This document shows, piece after piece, positions 25,029 through 37,700 of a DNA stretch of 64,000 bases (position 1 is its first letter; each line of letters opens with the position of its first letter). The stretch is from Fimicolochytrium jonesii (taxonomy: Eukaryota): positions 1 to 64,000 of the forward strand of contig NW_026515683.1 in NCBI RefSeq assembly GCF_025526975.1. The letters run 5' to 3'. The translations under genes and the position numbers were made by a program. The notes below the pieces were generated by a model. It searched no databases and had not been told where the DNA came from. It saw nothing but the letters and a program-made list of their open reading frames with translations.

Positions 25029-25743
25029 GGTGTTGGGCGGGAACCTTCCGATGGACTCTCAACAATCAAGGGGCTGCGTTGGCGGGGTCGTCGTCGTCGT
25101 TCTTGTTCGAAGAAGGGTGGTGCTACCATGTAACAAAGTAGACTCTGTTGATGATAAAGTACAAGAGGAAGAACGACTTCTGGGGAAATGCCTTTTAAAC
25201 GGGAAGGAAGAAAAGATGAAGTTCGCAGTCACGTGCAGCGTCCCGTGACCTGGATCCTTCACACTTGTCCTTGTTCGGGATCATGCGGCATCATGTCGCA
25301 GTGCGGCTTAATTATTGATAAGTTTGTTCAGCTTTTTGGCCTGCAAATTTTGCGATCTTTTTAATTACTGTAGGGTCGGCCTCACGAACCGCCTCAATTT
25401 CATGCCGGCTTGCCGCCGCCGACAGTTCCTGCTAGTCCTGCTTACACTAACTGCAGTTTTCGCCCTAGATCTAGAGACCGTTTTCGCCGCAGAAGAGGAG
25501 GTGCCGTACGTACTACTTTTACGCATACACTAGGTTGACGCTTCGCCGGCAGTCGTAGTTCCCGACGGAACACTTATCACTGTTGTAAGCCTTCTCAAGC
25601 CACGACGCGGGCGTTGTACACGGAAGAGGAAGGCCGGCGTACCGTCAGCTCATAATCAATAAGTATAATGGATAGGTCAAGCCGCAGGTGAGGGCGCAGG
25701 ACGGACTGAATCCTCGACTCTCGCTCATCGTTTTCTTTGGTCC

Positions 25744-28700
25744 TTGAGCTCATTCGCCCTTGTGTTTTATTTTTCCAGCGCATCCTTCCTTGGCGACCTC
25801 CAGCACGGCCCTATGAGCTTAACACCTTTCGAAGACCGGTCCCGGGCCATTCCGGACACGCAGAATGGAGCCCTCCTCGAACAAGCCAATGGGGCCATGC
25901 GAAATCTTGTCCAACTAGCGTCCGCCCCGACAGACTACTGGAAGACAATCTACTCCGACAAGACCGGGGCCACTGTTTCTTTGTCACCAAAGCAGAAAAA
26001 TCATATTCGGGTATTCAAAGGAGAGACGATGATCCACGGTTTTTCTCCCGAGGCGATTTTCGCTTTGATCAGAAATCGACGCTTGTGGGATGATTGGTAT
26101 CTGGACGGAAACACTGTGGAAGAGCTTAACGACAACACGTCCTTAACTTATATGGTCATGAAACCTCAAACTGCTCTATCGACTGTCGCGTCCACTCGCG
26201 ATCTTGCTTTGGTTGATCAGCGGACCCTTGATCCCGAAACTGGGGGGATCTATTACGCTAGCACATCCGTGGAGACTCCAAAGATACCCCCGAAAAAGAG
26301 CTACGTGCGCGTCGGCCTCAAACTCAATGCGTGGACTTTAGAGCCCAAGATGGCCTCTCACGGCTCTGTCAGCACACGGGTGGTATACTATCTACAAAGC
26401 GATGTCGGTGGTTTAATTCCCGGTGGGCTGGTTAAGAAATACCTGACCAAGCGCGCGATGGTAGTCGCAGGAATCGAGCAGTACCTCAGGAAGCACGGTG
26501 TACCGGAAATGAGCGCCAGTGACGCCGACGCGTTCAGGAAGCTGGCTCGATCATATTCCGTCAACAGCTCGATGCGCCCAAACTCGTTTGGGGAGCCCTA
26601 TGCCTCAGCGCAACCTGGACTAGAACACGCTCGTTACATACCCCAAACTGACATGTCTTTGCAGAGGTATGTTTCACTCGCTTACTTCTGAGTAACGCTT
26701 GCGAATCTCAATCTTTGTTCCATGCTCCAGGAACGTGCATCAGGCTCCGTTTTATAACATGCCGCAGGAACGTGTGGGCTCGAGGTACTCGCAGCATCTA
26801 GGCGCGGGTGTTGGCGCATATATCGCCTCCCGTACTTCGCTGGACGGCGATTTTCATGATGAATCTGATACGGAGACAATCGCTGAGAGCACTTTGAATG
26901 ACGAGGCGCGGGCCGTTGAAGCTCCGCGATCGATTACGCCGGAGATCCAAGAAGATGATTATTCCAAGACGACTAACCCTCATCACGCGGCAGCCGAAAA
27001 CGCTTTGCAACGGTCAATGGAACTGGAAGCCGACGATGCCGGGTTCGTTCTCCACTCGATCAACAACGGAGTGCGCATTTCCCAGAAAACGGTACCCGGA
27101 AAAACGATGCCTATTGTTCGTGGTGACGCTCAATTGGAGGGGGCTTACACCACCCAAGAAGTTTTGAGCGTCTTAAAAAGCGCCGCGGCAAGGAAGAGTT
27201 GGGATGCCCGTTTTGAAGACGGCAAACCACTTGCCCTCTATAATCTCGAGGAGATCCTCACTTATAGTCAGCAGAAGGGTACTTTCCCTGTGTCAGGTCG
27301 AGATTTTGTCACAACCAACTTGATACGCTTCGTCGGAGACACCATTTACTATGTTGCCACGAGCGTCGTCGAGCCTACGGCTCCTACCAATTCGAAATTG
27401 GTCAGAGCAGAGTTGCAAAACGCGACGTGGATCTTGAGGAGCACCCCCAATGGGGTGCAGGTGCACTACATTGTTGACGTGGACATCAAAGGCTCTGTTC
27501 CATCATGTGAGCTATTTAGTCCGCAACGCCCTGAATTCCGAAGTTCCGAAACTAATCAATTCCTTATCGCTGTAGCTATTGTGAAGGCCGTCTCGGTCCA
27601 AACACCCCTGTGCATTTTGGAAGTGAAGAAATACCTTGACGCCAATGGGCCGATACCATTCATTCCACGTAAGGTGGCCGGTGTTGATCCTGGTCGGCAC
27701 CTCCAAATCCGCCAGGAAAGCTATGACCCGAAGACGAGGTCCTACCACCTGGAGTACAAGAAGACCGACGAACACGGAAGCTCCGTATTTGTCTGCCTTT
27801 CGCAGAAGGCTTACAAGAATGGAGCCAAGGTGACCTTTTCTCCGAAGGAGGGTGCGATTGTGGAGAGGATCAACCCAAGTGGAATCAAGGGCATTAGCAC
27901 TGCCATCAGCGTGGATGCCAGTTTCCTGATCCGGATCACTGTCGAACGAAGCTCGGACGTGGACATCAGTTTCGCCGTTACCCAAGCCAGCTCAGGGGGG
28001 GTTGGATGGACCCTCAACGGCTGTCAGATGACTTTTGGTGAGACGAGAATTGCCCAACGATCTCCTGCAGCATCGCATCTCCAGCCCGCAGAGCGCAGAG
28101 CGACTGCGCCTGCCATTCCGGCAAGTATGGGTGCATCAGTGGCGCGCTCTGCAGAAATCGTCGACCAACCCATGCAAATCACACCGCCGGAGTCCCCGAA
28201 GGCGCAATTATCTGCGCCGAAGATCACATACGTTCCGCATCGGCACACTCAATCGGGCGTGAATGCCCTGAAGCACCTCAAAACGCTACTTGGTGACGAG
28301 GCCGCCTGGAAGTTCCACTCAGAGCAGCAAGGCATCAAAATCTCTACCATTGATGCTGGTGGCACTATGCCTGTTGTCCGCGGTGACGCCACTTTCCCTG
28401 CTGACATTACCGTCGACCAAATTCTCAATACAATTCGTTCCAGCGGAGCCAGAAAGATTTGTAAGTTGCTCGCAAGGACAACCGTATGGTCGCAATAGTA
28501 CGCATGCTAATCTGGGAATTTTATGTACCATTAGGGGACGCTCGCTTCGAGGGGGGTCGTATGGTGGAATGGTTGAATCCCAACGAAGCTCTGTATCACA
28601 CGATGCAAAAAGGCCAGTTCCCCGTGAGCGGCCGTGACCTTTCCGCTCTCAACGTCACCGTGTGCGACTCCCGATCGTCCACCACATACGTCGTTGCCAC

Positions 28701-29889
28701 AAGCGTCGTTGACCCCCTCGTGAAACCCGAACCCAAACGTGTCAGGGCGGAACTCAAGGTAGCTGGCTTCATCTGTAACGCCATACCACAGGGCGGCGCC
28801 CAGCTAAGCTACATCGTCGATATCGACGTCAAGGGATCTATCCCATCCGCCATCGTGAAAGCGGTATCGATTCAAACTCCTCTTTCTCTTCACGAGATCA
28901 TGAAGTACATTCAGACCTACGGATCACCTCCCTCAGTCAAGGTCCTTGGAAATACCGGGGAAGGCGTCAAGATTACCCTCGAGAGCGAAGAGTTTGAACC
29001 GAAAACTGGTGCTTATACTTTCGCTTACGCGGCAGCCGTGGACGGAGATGCGGCGCAGTCTCCAACTATGGCCGCTGGTCTCGTCGAAATCCAGGTTGAC
29101 CCCAAGACCTACCCGAACGGGTGTGATGTGTCGATCTCCCAGTCCGTTGCCTCCAAGTTCCTGCGGATTCGGAGCGCCGACCGCTGCATCCGGTTTTATT
29201 GTGAAGTCGACAATGTACGTCTGGCTGGGAACATCAAGATTGATGTTCAGCTGTCGAAGAAGAAGAGCGGGACTCCCGGGCAGCACACACTCAATGGCAT
29301 ACCGATCACTGCAGACAGCACTGCTCCCGCGACCGGCGGAAGTGCCGCGCCCGCAAAGCGTGCTCAAACCATCACCTCTGCCACCACTGCTGGCGTACCC
29401 ATGCTGGTAGCCCCTCCGCGCACTGTTCGCAAAGCACCAGTGCAAACCGCCACGCCTCCCAACGAACGTGCAGATGAGAAGGCTGCGAAACATGCGACCA
29501 CCGAAAGTGCGACCCTTTCTCCCAATATCACCACAAACCTGCCCCCTAGCGTCATGCGCTCGTCACCTCCAGTTGGCACGAATACTCAACCCTCCGGAGC
29601 GACTACCTATGTTCTAGCGTTCATATCTATGGTCCTTCGTTTGCTGCGACCCTTCTTGGCACCAGGTGCCGCCCCACTTGCAAGCGATGTCGATCCCTTG
29701 GACCTGCGCGCGCAAGTGGCTGGAGCGGATCCTCTTCGCTTGTTGGGACTCGTCGTCGTGAACATTGGAATCACGTTCTTTTCGATCAGATGGGCCGTCA
29801 ATGGACTCCTGCGAATTTGCTCACCCACTCAATGGGGCGTTCTGGTAACGCTCTCAGTGGCGGCGTACGCGTATACGAAGCGCGCATAG
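25744..29889 (+). CDS. Multi-exon protein with three START (lipid-transfer) domains and a hydrophobic C-terminus; 5' end uncertain
   Basis: Three repeats of W...R..WD..F..G...RD...TSV....P....VR....W/F.....YI..D.KGS.P; GT-AG introns near 26667, 27507 and 28461. Confidence 0.8.
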
Positions 29890-30594
29890 TGCAAGGGTTT
29901 CTTCAGTTTTCAACATTCAGTTTCAGTAGGACACTTCCGTTTCATTTGACTAATTCCGCTGACCGGCGTACTTGTTTAGACCTAGTAAATTCCCCCTAGT
30001 ATTAGAATTATTGTAGAGCTTTCCATCGTATAATCCTCAATATCATGCACAGTATTCATGTTTCGATCTGCTTTGCGGCGATTCTGCGTGCTCGAAGGTC
30101 AAACGGTCTCGACGGTAACTGTACCGTGTACGCTTTGGACGACTACATATACAATGCAGACTGCTACATGTACATAGTAGGTACAATGAAATGCGCGTGA
30201 GCGCGATGTGTGTGAGTCACACTGCGTTACTATAAGCGTTACTGGTCTTGCGTTACTGGCCTTCACAGTACACGCTTCCCATAGTACACCACATATGATC
30301 CCATATGAATGGACGCGTCAATGCGCGCAATTTAACAGAGAATTCGATTTTGATGATAACACTTAACAATTGATTAGGGCAATCGATTTTTCATTTTTTA
30401 AGGCAACAGATTAGCCTCATGATTAGCTTCCACACACTCCCCCAATTAAAGGATGTTATATATAAGACAGCCTGCAGACGCTCCCCCTCACGTTTCCCCT
30501 ATGCTTTCCACAGCACTTCTACGCCATCTTCAACACATCACACACACATCACACCGTCTCTCTTCTCTCCTTTGCAACGCCACGCACTGTAAGT

Positions 30595-30665
30595 AAGCTG
30601 AGGATTATTGTGTTTTTGAACCAGAAGGGCTGGAAAGCGTCGAAAAACGGCGTTATTCCCAGCTT
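30595..30665. repeat. 71-bp quasi-palindromic site 1 (5' UTR intron of cargo gene 1)
   Basis: AAGCTGAGG...TTTTTGAACC...CGTCGAAAAA...TCCCAGCTT. Confidence 0.9.
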
Positions 30666-30754
30666 GTCAGAGTTTTGACAGCTTGACTGACGTGACTGAC
30701 GTTTGTTCAAAAGTTTAGGTATACCAACACACCCTGCCCTCATCATAAGTGAGT

Positions 30755-31661
30755 ATGGCTTCTTCTTCTTCGGCAACGGGACGGGGACCCAACGACAACG
30801 GGGAGGGGGATATGGGGATGGCCATGTACAACCTGTCAGAAATGCACTGGCAGATGGGGCAGGAGGAGACGGAGACGACGATCGCCGTCTTCCGTTACCT
30901 CTGGAACCTCTATGACCCAGTGATTGTTACCCGCATGGTCGATGGCCACCAGGTCGAGTTTTACTGGTGGTCACTCAACCAATCGAGGCACATCAGGACG
31001 CTGCAGAGGCGTGCCCGCTCGGCGGCGGCCTTCCGCCTCTGTTGAGTGGATTCAGAGGCGCGCATCTACCACGAGGGGAAGCAGGTCAACGGGGTGATGC
31101 TGAGGAAGGATTGGGTCAGGGGTACGTATCTTCTCGACAAGCGGAGGATTAATGCGTTTTTCGACGTCCCCGGCGTGCGCGCGTTGAAAAATCGCATAAA
31201 CCTCAGCTTGTCTTTGTTTTGTTGCTGCGTTGAAGGGCAATAACAATAACCGTGTTCTTCTCTCAGATTGCTTGAGGATCCACCCATTGGACGCAGAGAG
31301 GCTGAGGGATTGGATGTTGCCAGCATGGGACGACACCGCACTATGGCCCCTTGGCCATCTCTGCAAAGGGGCCTCCGTTGCACACAGCATCCATCAGACA
31401 TGGGATGCTCCCGTCTTTCCGCCACCGCCAATCGGCCCAACCGCAACCGCCGCAGCCACCGCCCCCTCCCCAGGCGACTACCTCCAGCCATGGTTGTCCT
31501 TCCAGGACACGGTTGTTGAGGGAATGCGTAGCCCTTCGTCCGAGGTTATCAATGAGGCTGAGGACATCTTCGAAAATACGGAGCAGATGAAGGAATGGCC
31601 GAAGCAAATGGCCGAATACTATAGCTGGAAGAAAACCAAGGATGCTGAAGCCGATGAATAA
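30755..31661 (+). pseudogene. Cargo gene 1: unknown ~253-codon protein with one in-frame TGA (31043-31045)
   Basis: Exons 30755-31121 and 31267-31661 join in phase 1 (GT-AG intron 31122-31266). Probable 5' UTR intron 30589-30718; TATA near 30458. Confidence 0.6.
31139..31209. repeat. 71-bp site 2 (cargo gene 1 intron)
   Basis: AAGCGGAGG...TTTTTCGACG...CGTTGAAAAA...CCTCAGCTT. Confidence 0.92.
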
Positions 31662-31739
31662 TATGTTCCATATCATGCCATTTTTGAATATATTCTGATC
31701 TTTGGCCTCTTCTTTCCTTTTCTCAATTAACATCAGAAT

Positions 31740-34700
31740 ATGTTCAACCCACGACCCCCTGCACCGCCCGGTTCTGCCAGAAAACTGGCCTTGGATGCTC
31801 CACGCCGTCTTCCAAATCGCTCAAATAGCCCTGCATTAATTCCCCAATCTAGAATTGATAATGTCACAGGAACTTGGAAGGTGGGTTTTGAACAAGCTGA
31901 GAGAACCTTGATTTTCGCCGTCCCCGGTCTGGAGAGGGTTCAAAATGGCACTAATCTTCAGCTTGGTACGTCAGGTTGGTTATCCACCAAAGTCCACGTT
32001 CCCGAAGGCGCTGACTCTGCGACGAAGAAGGGGCGGATATCGGTTGGGCGAGTTGGCAGAGGCCGAGATCAAACACTATGCCCATACATACGGGTCGGTG
32101 ATCCTGAAGTCGTCCTTCAGGAAGTTGATAGAGGAGATCGACTATGAAGTGTCCCAGGCTCACAATCAGAGCATCACAACAACCCCGGGGGCGACACCGT
32201 TCTCTGAAAGGCATCGCTGGTACCAAGAGGCAGTCGATGCCCTCCAGGAGGCCGCTGAGACATACATCAGCGCCCTCTTCTCAGACTCCATCATGCAACA
32301 ATGGCATGCAAAGCGTCTGACTCTGAACAAGGACGACGTGAGTACTTGTTTGTCATTCAACGCATTCCAGTTACCCAAGCTGAAGATAACGCCGCTTTTG
32401 AAGTCTCCGGGGAGGGGGACGTTCAAAAAGCCATTAATCTTCAGCTTGGCTTGTGTTCCACACTGATTGATTCTCTTTTTGACAAATAGTTTCGGATGGT
32501 CCGGTACTTCCGGAAGCTGCTGAGTGCTTCGGAGCGGACCAATTACCGTAAACGTCAACATCTGATGGAATTGAAGAGGACCCAACAGGCGTGGACGAGG
32601 TTGTGGTCGTCGTCGTCATGGCCAAAGCCAAAGCCAAAAGCCTCGGCATCGACGTCGAAGCCGCTGAAGGCCATAGACCTTACGCTTGCTGAGGACAAAG
32701 CCGTGAAGGCAAAGAGGGAACGGGCACATAAGAGGGCTGAGGAAAAGAGGGAGGCTGCCAAAGGGGGGAAGGGGGAGGGCAGGGAGATCGATACCGACGA
32801 TGAACTGTCGGATGAGGTGAGTGGCCAAGAGAAAGTTTCTCATATCATGACACCAATACTGACTTTCTAGGAGGAGGGCGAACTTGGCGGACGAGAAGAC
32901 ACGCCGGACCTTGGGGAGTACGAGAAGGGGATGAATGCTCTCGGAAAAGGAGGGAAGGGGGACGGCAGTGTTATGAATGGGCGGAGCCGACGGAAATAGA
33001 GGCGACTTGTGGTGCAGGTTGTTGACAGGTAATGGTATTCAGACCGAAACAAGAACTAGAACAAGACTAGGAAGAACTGGTGTTGATCTGCTGGGGGATC
33101 AGGAAGTGGGGAGCTCAGGGGAGGCGGCTATTTATGCTTTTCTGGGAAGGCTGGGGAAGCGTGGGGAAGCAGAAGGGTACGGAATGAGAGGAAAGCCAAG
33201 AGAAGCGCCAAGGGTGGGGGAAGCATAGAAACAGAAGACTGGGGATGGGGTGGCTACGCTGAGGCTGTGGGCGGGTACGTGGGGAAGTATGGAGAAGGGT
33301 TTGTAAGCGCCGAGTGTTGGGAGGTGTGGCTACGTGCGGCTGCGTGGAGAAATGAAGGCAGTGGCAGGTGTGGGGTAGCGCGGCTGCGTGCGGCTGCGAG
33401 GTTTGGCAGATGTCAGGTTTTGACAGGGAATTGACATTGACTGACTGTTGGGATGCTGTCATGAGGTAAGCGCATGGTATGGACGCGTCGTCCATAACAT
33501 CACCCCCTCCTTTAGCCACGGCGTCCGGATGTTGTTTTGATGTTGGCAGGCTTTGGTCGGGGTTTGTCGGGGTACTTTTGGTGGAACTGGGCAACAAGCT
33601 CTTGACAGCGGGCAAGGTGTTCCACTGGCTCCCATGTATTCTCCGAGCTTGGCCAACCCTGCCACTTGATGAGGTACTGAAGGTGCGTGCGTCGAATACG
33701 GGAGTCAAGAATGTCTTCCACAATCCATTCCTCCTGTCCTTCAACTTCTTCTGGTGGGGTGGGTTCTGGCTCAGTTCGCTCCGGAATGGTGAAACGTGGT
33801 TCAAGAAGGGAGACATGGAAGACGTTGTGAATTTTGTAGGATGGGGGAAGCTTGAGGCGATATGTGACCAAGTTGATCTTCTCCGTGATTGTGAAGGGGC
33901 CAATCTTACGGTGATCAAGTTTCTGGGAAGGTCGGAGAGTCTTGAGATTCCGCTGTAAGAGCCAGACACTGTCCCCGGGTTTCATGTCTGGGCCAGGTGC
34001 CCTCTTAGCATCGGCAAAGCGCTTCATGCGTCCTTGGGCCTCCTTGAGCTCAGTGGCGAGCTGTTCATGGATTTCCTTGAGATGGTTGGCACGAGCTTCG
34101 GCTGCAGGATTAAGGGATTCGGTTGTGGTGGCGGAAGCCAGACTGAATCGAGGATGGAACCCATAGTTGGCGTAGAAGGGGGTTGTCTGGGTGGCGGAGT
34201 GGATGGTGTTATTGTAAGAGAACTCAGCAGAAGACAAGAGTTTTTTCCAGTTATCTTGTTGATAGTTGCAAAAGCAGCGAAGGTATTGCTCAAGAATCAT
34301 TGGTCCGCTCGGTTTGTCCATCGCTCTGGGGATGGAACGCCGATGAGAGGTTGACCTTGGTTCCCAGGAGAGCGAAGAGACGTTTCCAGAAGTGGGAGTT
34401 GAACTGTGGGCCACGGTCAGATACAATATCGTCGGGGAGTCCATGGAGCCGGATGACATGGTGCCAGATCAGATCTGCAGTTGACTCAGCGGTGGCAGTT
34501 TTCCTGCACGGTACAAAGTGCGCCATCTTGGTGAACCGGCAGATGACAACGAGCACAGAATCAACCCCATCACTGGCGGGTAGATCCGTGATGAAGTCCA
34601 TGGAAATTGACCCCCAGGGGCGGTCAGGGACCTGCAGGGGTTGGAGGAGTCCGTAGGGCTTGTGTCTGCTGGTCTTGGCTTGAGCACATACGTCGCAGGA

Positions 34701-37700
34701 CCTGATGTAGGACTTGACAAAACGCCACTGGCTAGGCCACCAGTAGTTGCGTGAGATGAGCTCCAGGGTCTTTGACATGCCGTAGTGTCCTGCCAAACGC
34801 GTGTCATGCATGTCCCGGCAGATCTCAGCACGGAGCTTGTTGGTGGGGACGTAGACAAGGTTGTCGTACAGCAGAACCCCATTTTCCTCGGAGAATCGCT
34901 TTATCCGTTCTTGGTCTTCTTGAGATTGCTGGGCAATGGGGGCCCTAAGCTGTCGCCGGATGGTTTGCGCAAACACATCGGATGCCAGGGCAGCTTTGAT
35001 TTGGTCAAGGAGCGAGGAGTCCAGTGGGGTCAGATAAGTGGCGGCCAGGCGGAGATGGTCAGGGGTGAGGATCGTGGTTTCCTGGGAGCGGAATGCTTCT
35101 TCCCCCTCCCTTAGCTCGTATTCAGAGCGACGAGAGAGGGCGTCAGCTTGGTGTTGCTGGGTACCAGGGCGGTATGTGATGACAAAGTCGAAATCAGCAA
35201 AGAAGATTGACCATTGGGATTGGCGGCGGTTGAGGGTACGGGTAGTCATGAAGTACTGGAGGTTCTTGTGGTCACAGTAAACGATGACCTTGTGGCGGGC
35301 ACCAATGAGGTGGTGTCGCCATTGAGCAAATGAGTCTTGGATAGCCAGGAGTTCCTTGTCGTAGATCTCATAGTTGATTTCCTCAGGAGTAAATTTGCGG
35401 GAGTGAAAGGCCACGGGGTGGAGTTGATCTGTGTCATCGGGTTGAAGGAGGACGGCGCCAAGGGCAAAGTCGGAGGCATCGGATTCGACAATGAAGGGCT
35501 TGTCAGGGTCGGGGTGAGTCAGGATAGGTGCGGAGGTGAAGGCTTTCTTGAGGGTTTCAAAAGCTAGGTGTGCAGCGTGGGTCCATTTGAATGGCAAGTC
35601 TTTGCGAGTGAGCGTGGTCAGGGGTGCAACGATCGCAGAGTACCCTTTGATGAATCGCCGGTAGAAGTTGGCAAAACCAAGGAAGCGCTGGATGCCTTTG
35701 ACATTCGTCGGGGGTTCCCATTCGGTAATGGCAGCCGTCTTCTTTGGGTCCATGGAAATGCCTTGCTGGGAGATGATAAACCCCAGGAACTCAACAGAGT
35801 CACGGTTGAATTCGACATTTTTCCGGTTTCGCATACAGCCCGTGCTGGCGGAGTCGTGAGAGCACCTCTCGGACGTGGTTGGGGTGGTCTTCTGGGTTTT
35901 TTGAGAAGATCAGAATGTCGTCAAGGTAGACCACAACAAAAACGTCGAGAATGTCACGGAATATGTCGTTCATGAGGTGTTGGAATACTCCAGGGGCATT
36001 GGTGAGCCCAAACAGCATGACATTATACTCGAATAGGCCGTAAGCGACATCGGAACGCTGTCTTCCATTCATCCCCTGGCCAGATCCGAAGAAGGTTGTA
36101 GGCTCCCCGGAGGTCAATCTTGGTGAGCCGGCGTGCCCCTCGAAGACGATCCATGATGCTGTTAATCAAGGGCAAGGGATAGCGATTCTTGATGGTGATA
36201 TTGTTGAGTCCACGATAGTCGACGCACAGACGGAGGGAACCGTCCTTTTTCTTGACAAAGAGGACTGGGGCACCGGCAGGAGACTTGGAGTGCTTGATGA
36301 ACCCCTTAGCTAGGTTCTCTTCAAGGTAGTCACAGAGTGCCTGCATTTCAGGCTCGCTGAGACTACAGATCGGGCCGAACGGTGGCTGTTTGCCCTCTTC
36401 TAAGTCGATGGGACAGTCGTAGGGTCGGTGCTCTGGGAGGGTATCCGCGTTCTTCTTGGCGAAGACGTCCGCAAAATCTTGGTATTCTTCAGGAATGATG
36501 GCCTTCGGATCTTTTGGAGGAGTGGTCGCCAGGGCTTGGGAATCTGACTTGGTCGGATTGGCGTAGGCAATGAATGCCTGGTCATGCCTTGCCGCCACAC
36601 GGAAAGCTGGGGCGCTGATAAACGATACGTGGATCGGTGTGGGTGCTGGGTCCAGTGTGTTGGGTGTCTGGGCTAGGGAGACTGAAATCTCGTCTTGATG
36701 GATACGGATCAGAGGTTCAGGGGATTCTTGAGGGCTTCGGGCTAGGTTCTGTTGGCAGGGCATCCCAGGAGGCGTATTGTCCAAAACCGCAATGGCAGCG
36801 GACGCAAAGAGTGCGAGTCTTCCAGTGTAGCTCCACATCATGGAGCTCAAACCAGGGAAGCCCCAGGATGATTGGCGCATGCGGGGAGCATGTCACATGG
36901 AATACCACCTCCTCAAAATGGTCGTTGACCCACATGCCCAAAGGTTGGGTGTGATGGGTAATGGAGCCCGCATGGCTGGGACGTCCGTCAACCAGTTCAA
37001 GCGCAATGGGGTCCTCCTTCTTGACAAGTGGGATGCGGTGCTTGCGGGCATAACTTTCGTCGATGAAGCACGACATCGCACCGGTGTCAAGTAGTGCTGA
37101 AAGCTGAACTGGAGCTCGCTGGGCCGATATCTGCAGGGTAACAGGGTACTCGAATGGTGAGGATGGGCCCAAAATCCGCATGGGTGAGGGTATCTCAGAT
37201 CGGAGATTGACATTGTTGGTGGTCAGGAGAAGGGTGTTGCTGGAGATGCCAGGATCGGAGCAAGGTTTTGTGGCTTCTCCCTTGGCAGTACTTGCGTGGT
37301 GAGAAGACCCGGGACAGGTGTTGCCCAGCTGCTCGGCCTTTACTGCAGCTGGACTCGGGCAAAATCCTGGATGGGTGCAGGTTCCTTAACCGCGACATTC
37401 GCCGTGCGTATCTTGTTTGGGCAGAGTTTGGCTATGTGGCCAGGTTTACCACAATAGAGGCAAAGTTTGTTTGTGATGCGGTGTTGGCGCTCTAGCGGTG
37501 TGAGGGGTCCTCGCGGACGAGCAGCGTCAATGACCATAGGGTCGTCTGGGCGGTTGTCGGGGCTCATGAGGGTGGGGCTAGTGGTAACTGGCACATATGG
37601 CTTTTGGTTCCTGCTTCGCTCTAGACGGCGCTCAAACAATTGGTTGTCACATTGGATGGCCTGTTCCATCACGGTGTCGATTGAGGCGGTAGGGGGCATC

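Larger units (their letters stand above)
19406..25263 (-). mobile_element. Intact, young Ty3/Gypsy LTR retrotransposon
   Basis: Identical 135-bp LTRs (19406-19540, 25129-25263), TSD CTTGT, PBS TGGTAGCACC, G-rich PPT, uninterrupted gag and pol. Confidence 0.97.

Noticed and set aside
20095..25248. Many plus-strand ORFs over the Gypsy element
   Set aside because: Antisense shadows of GC-rich gag/pol.
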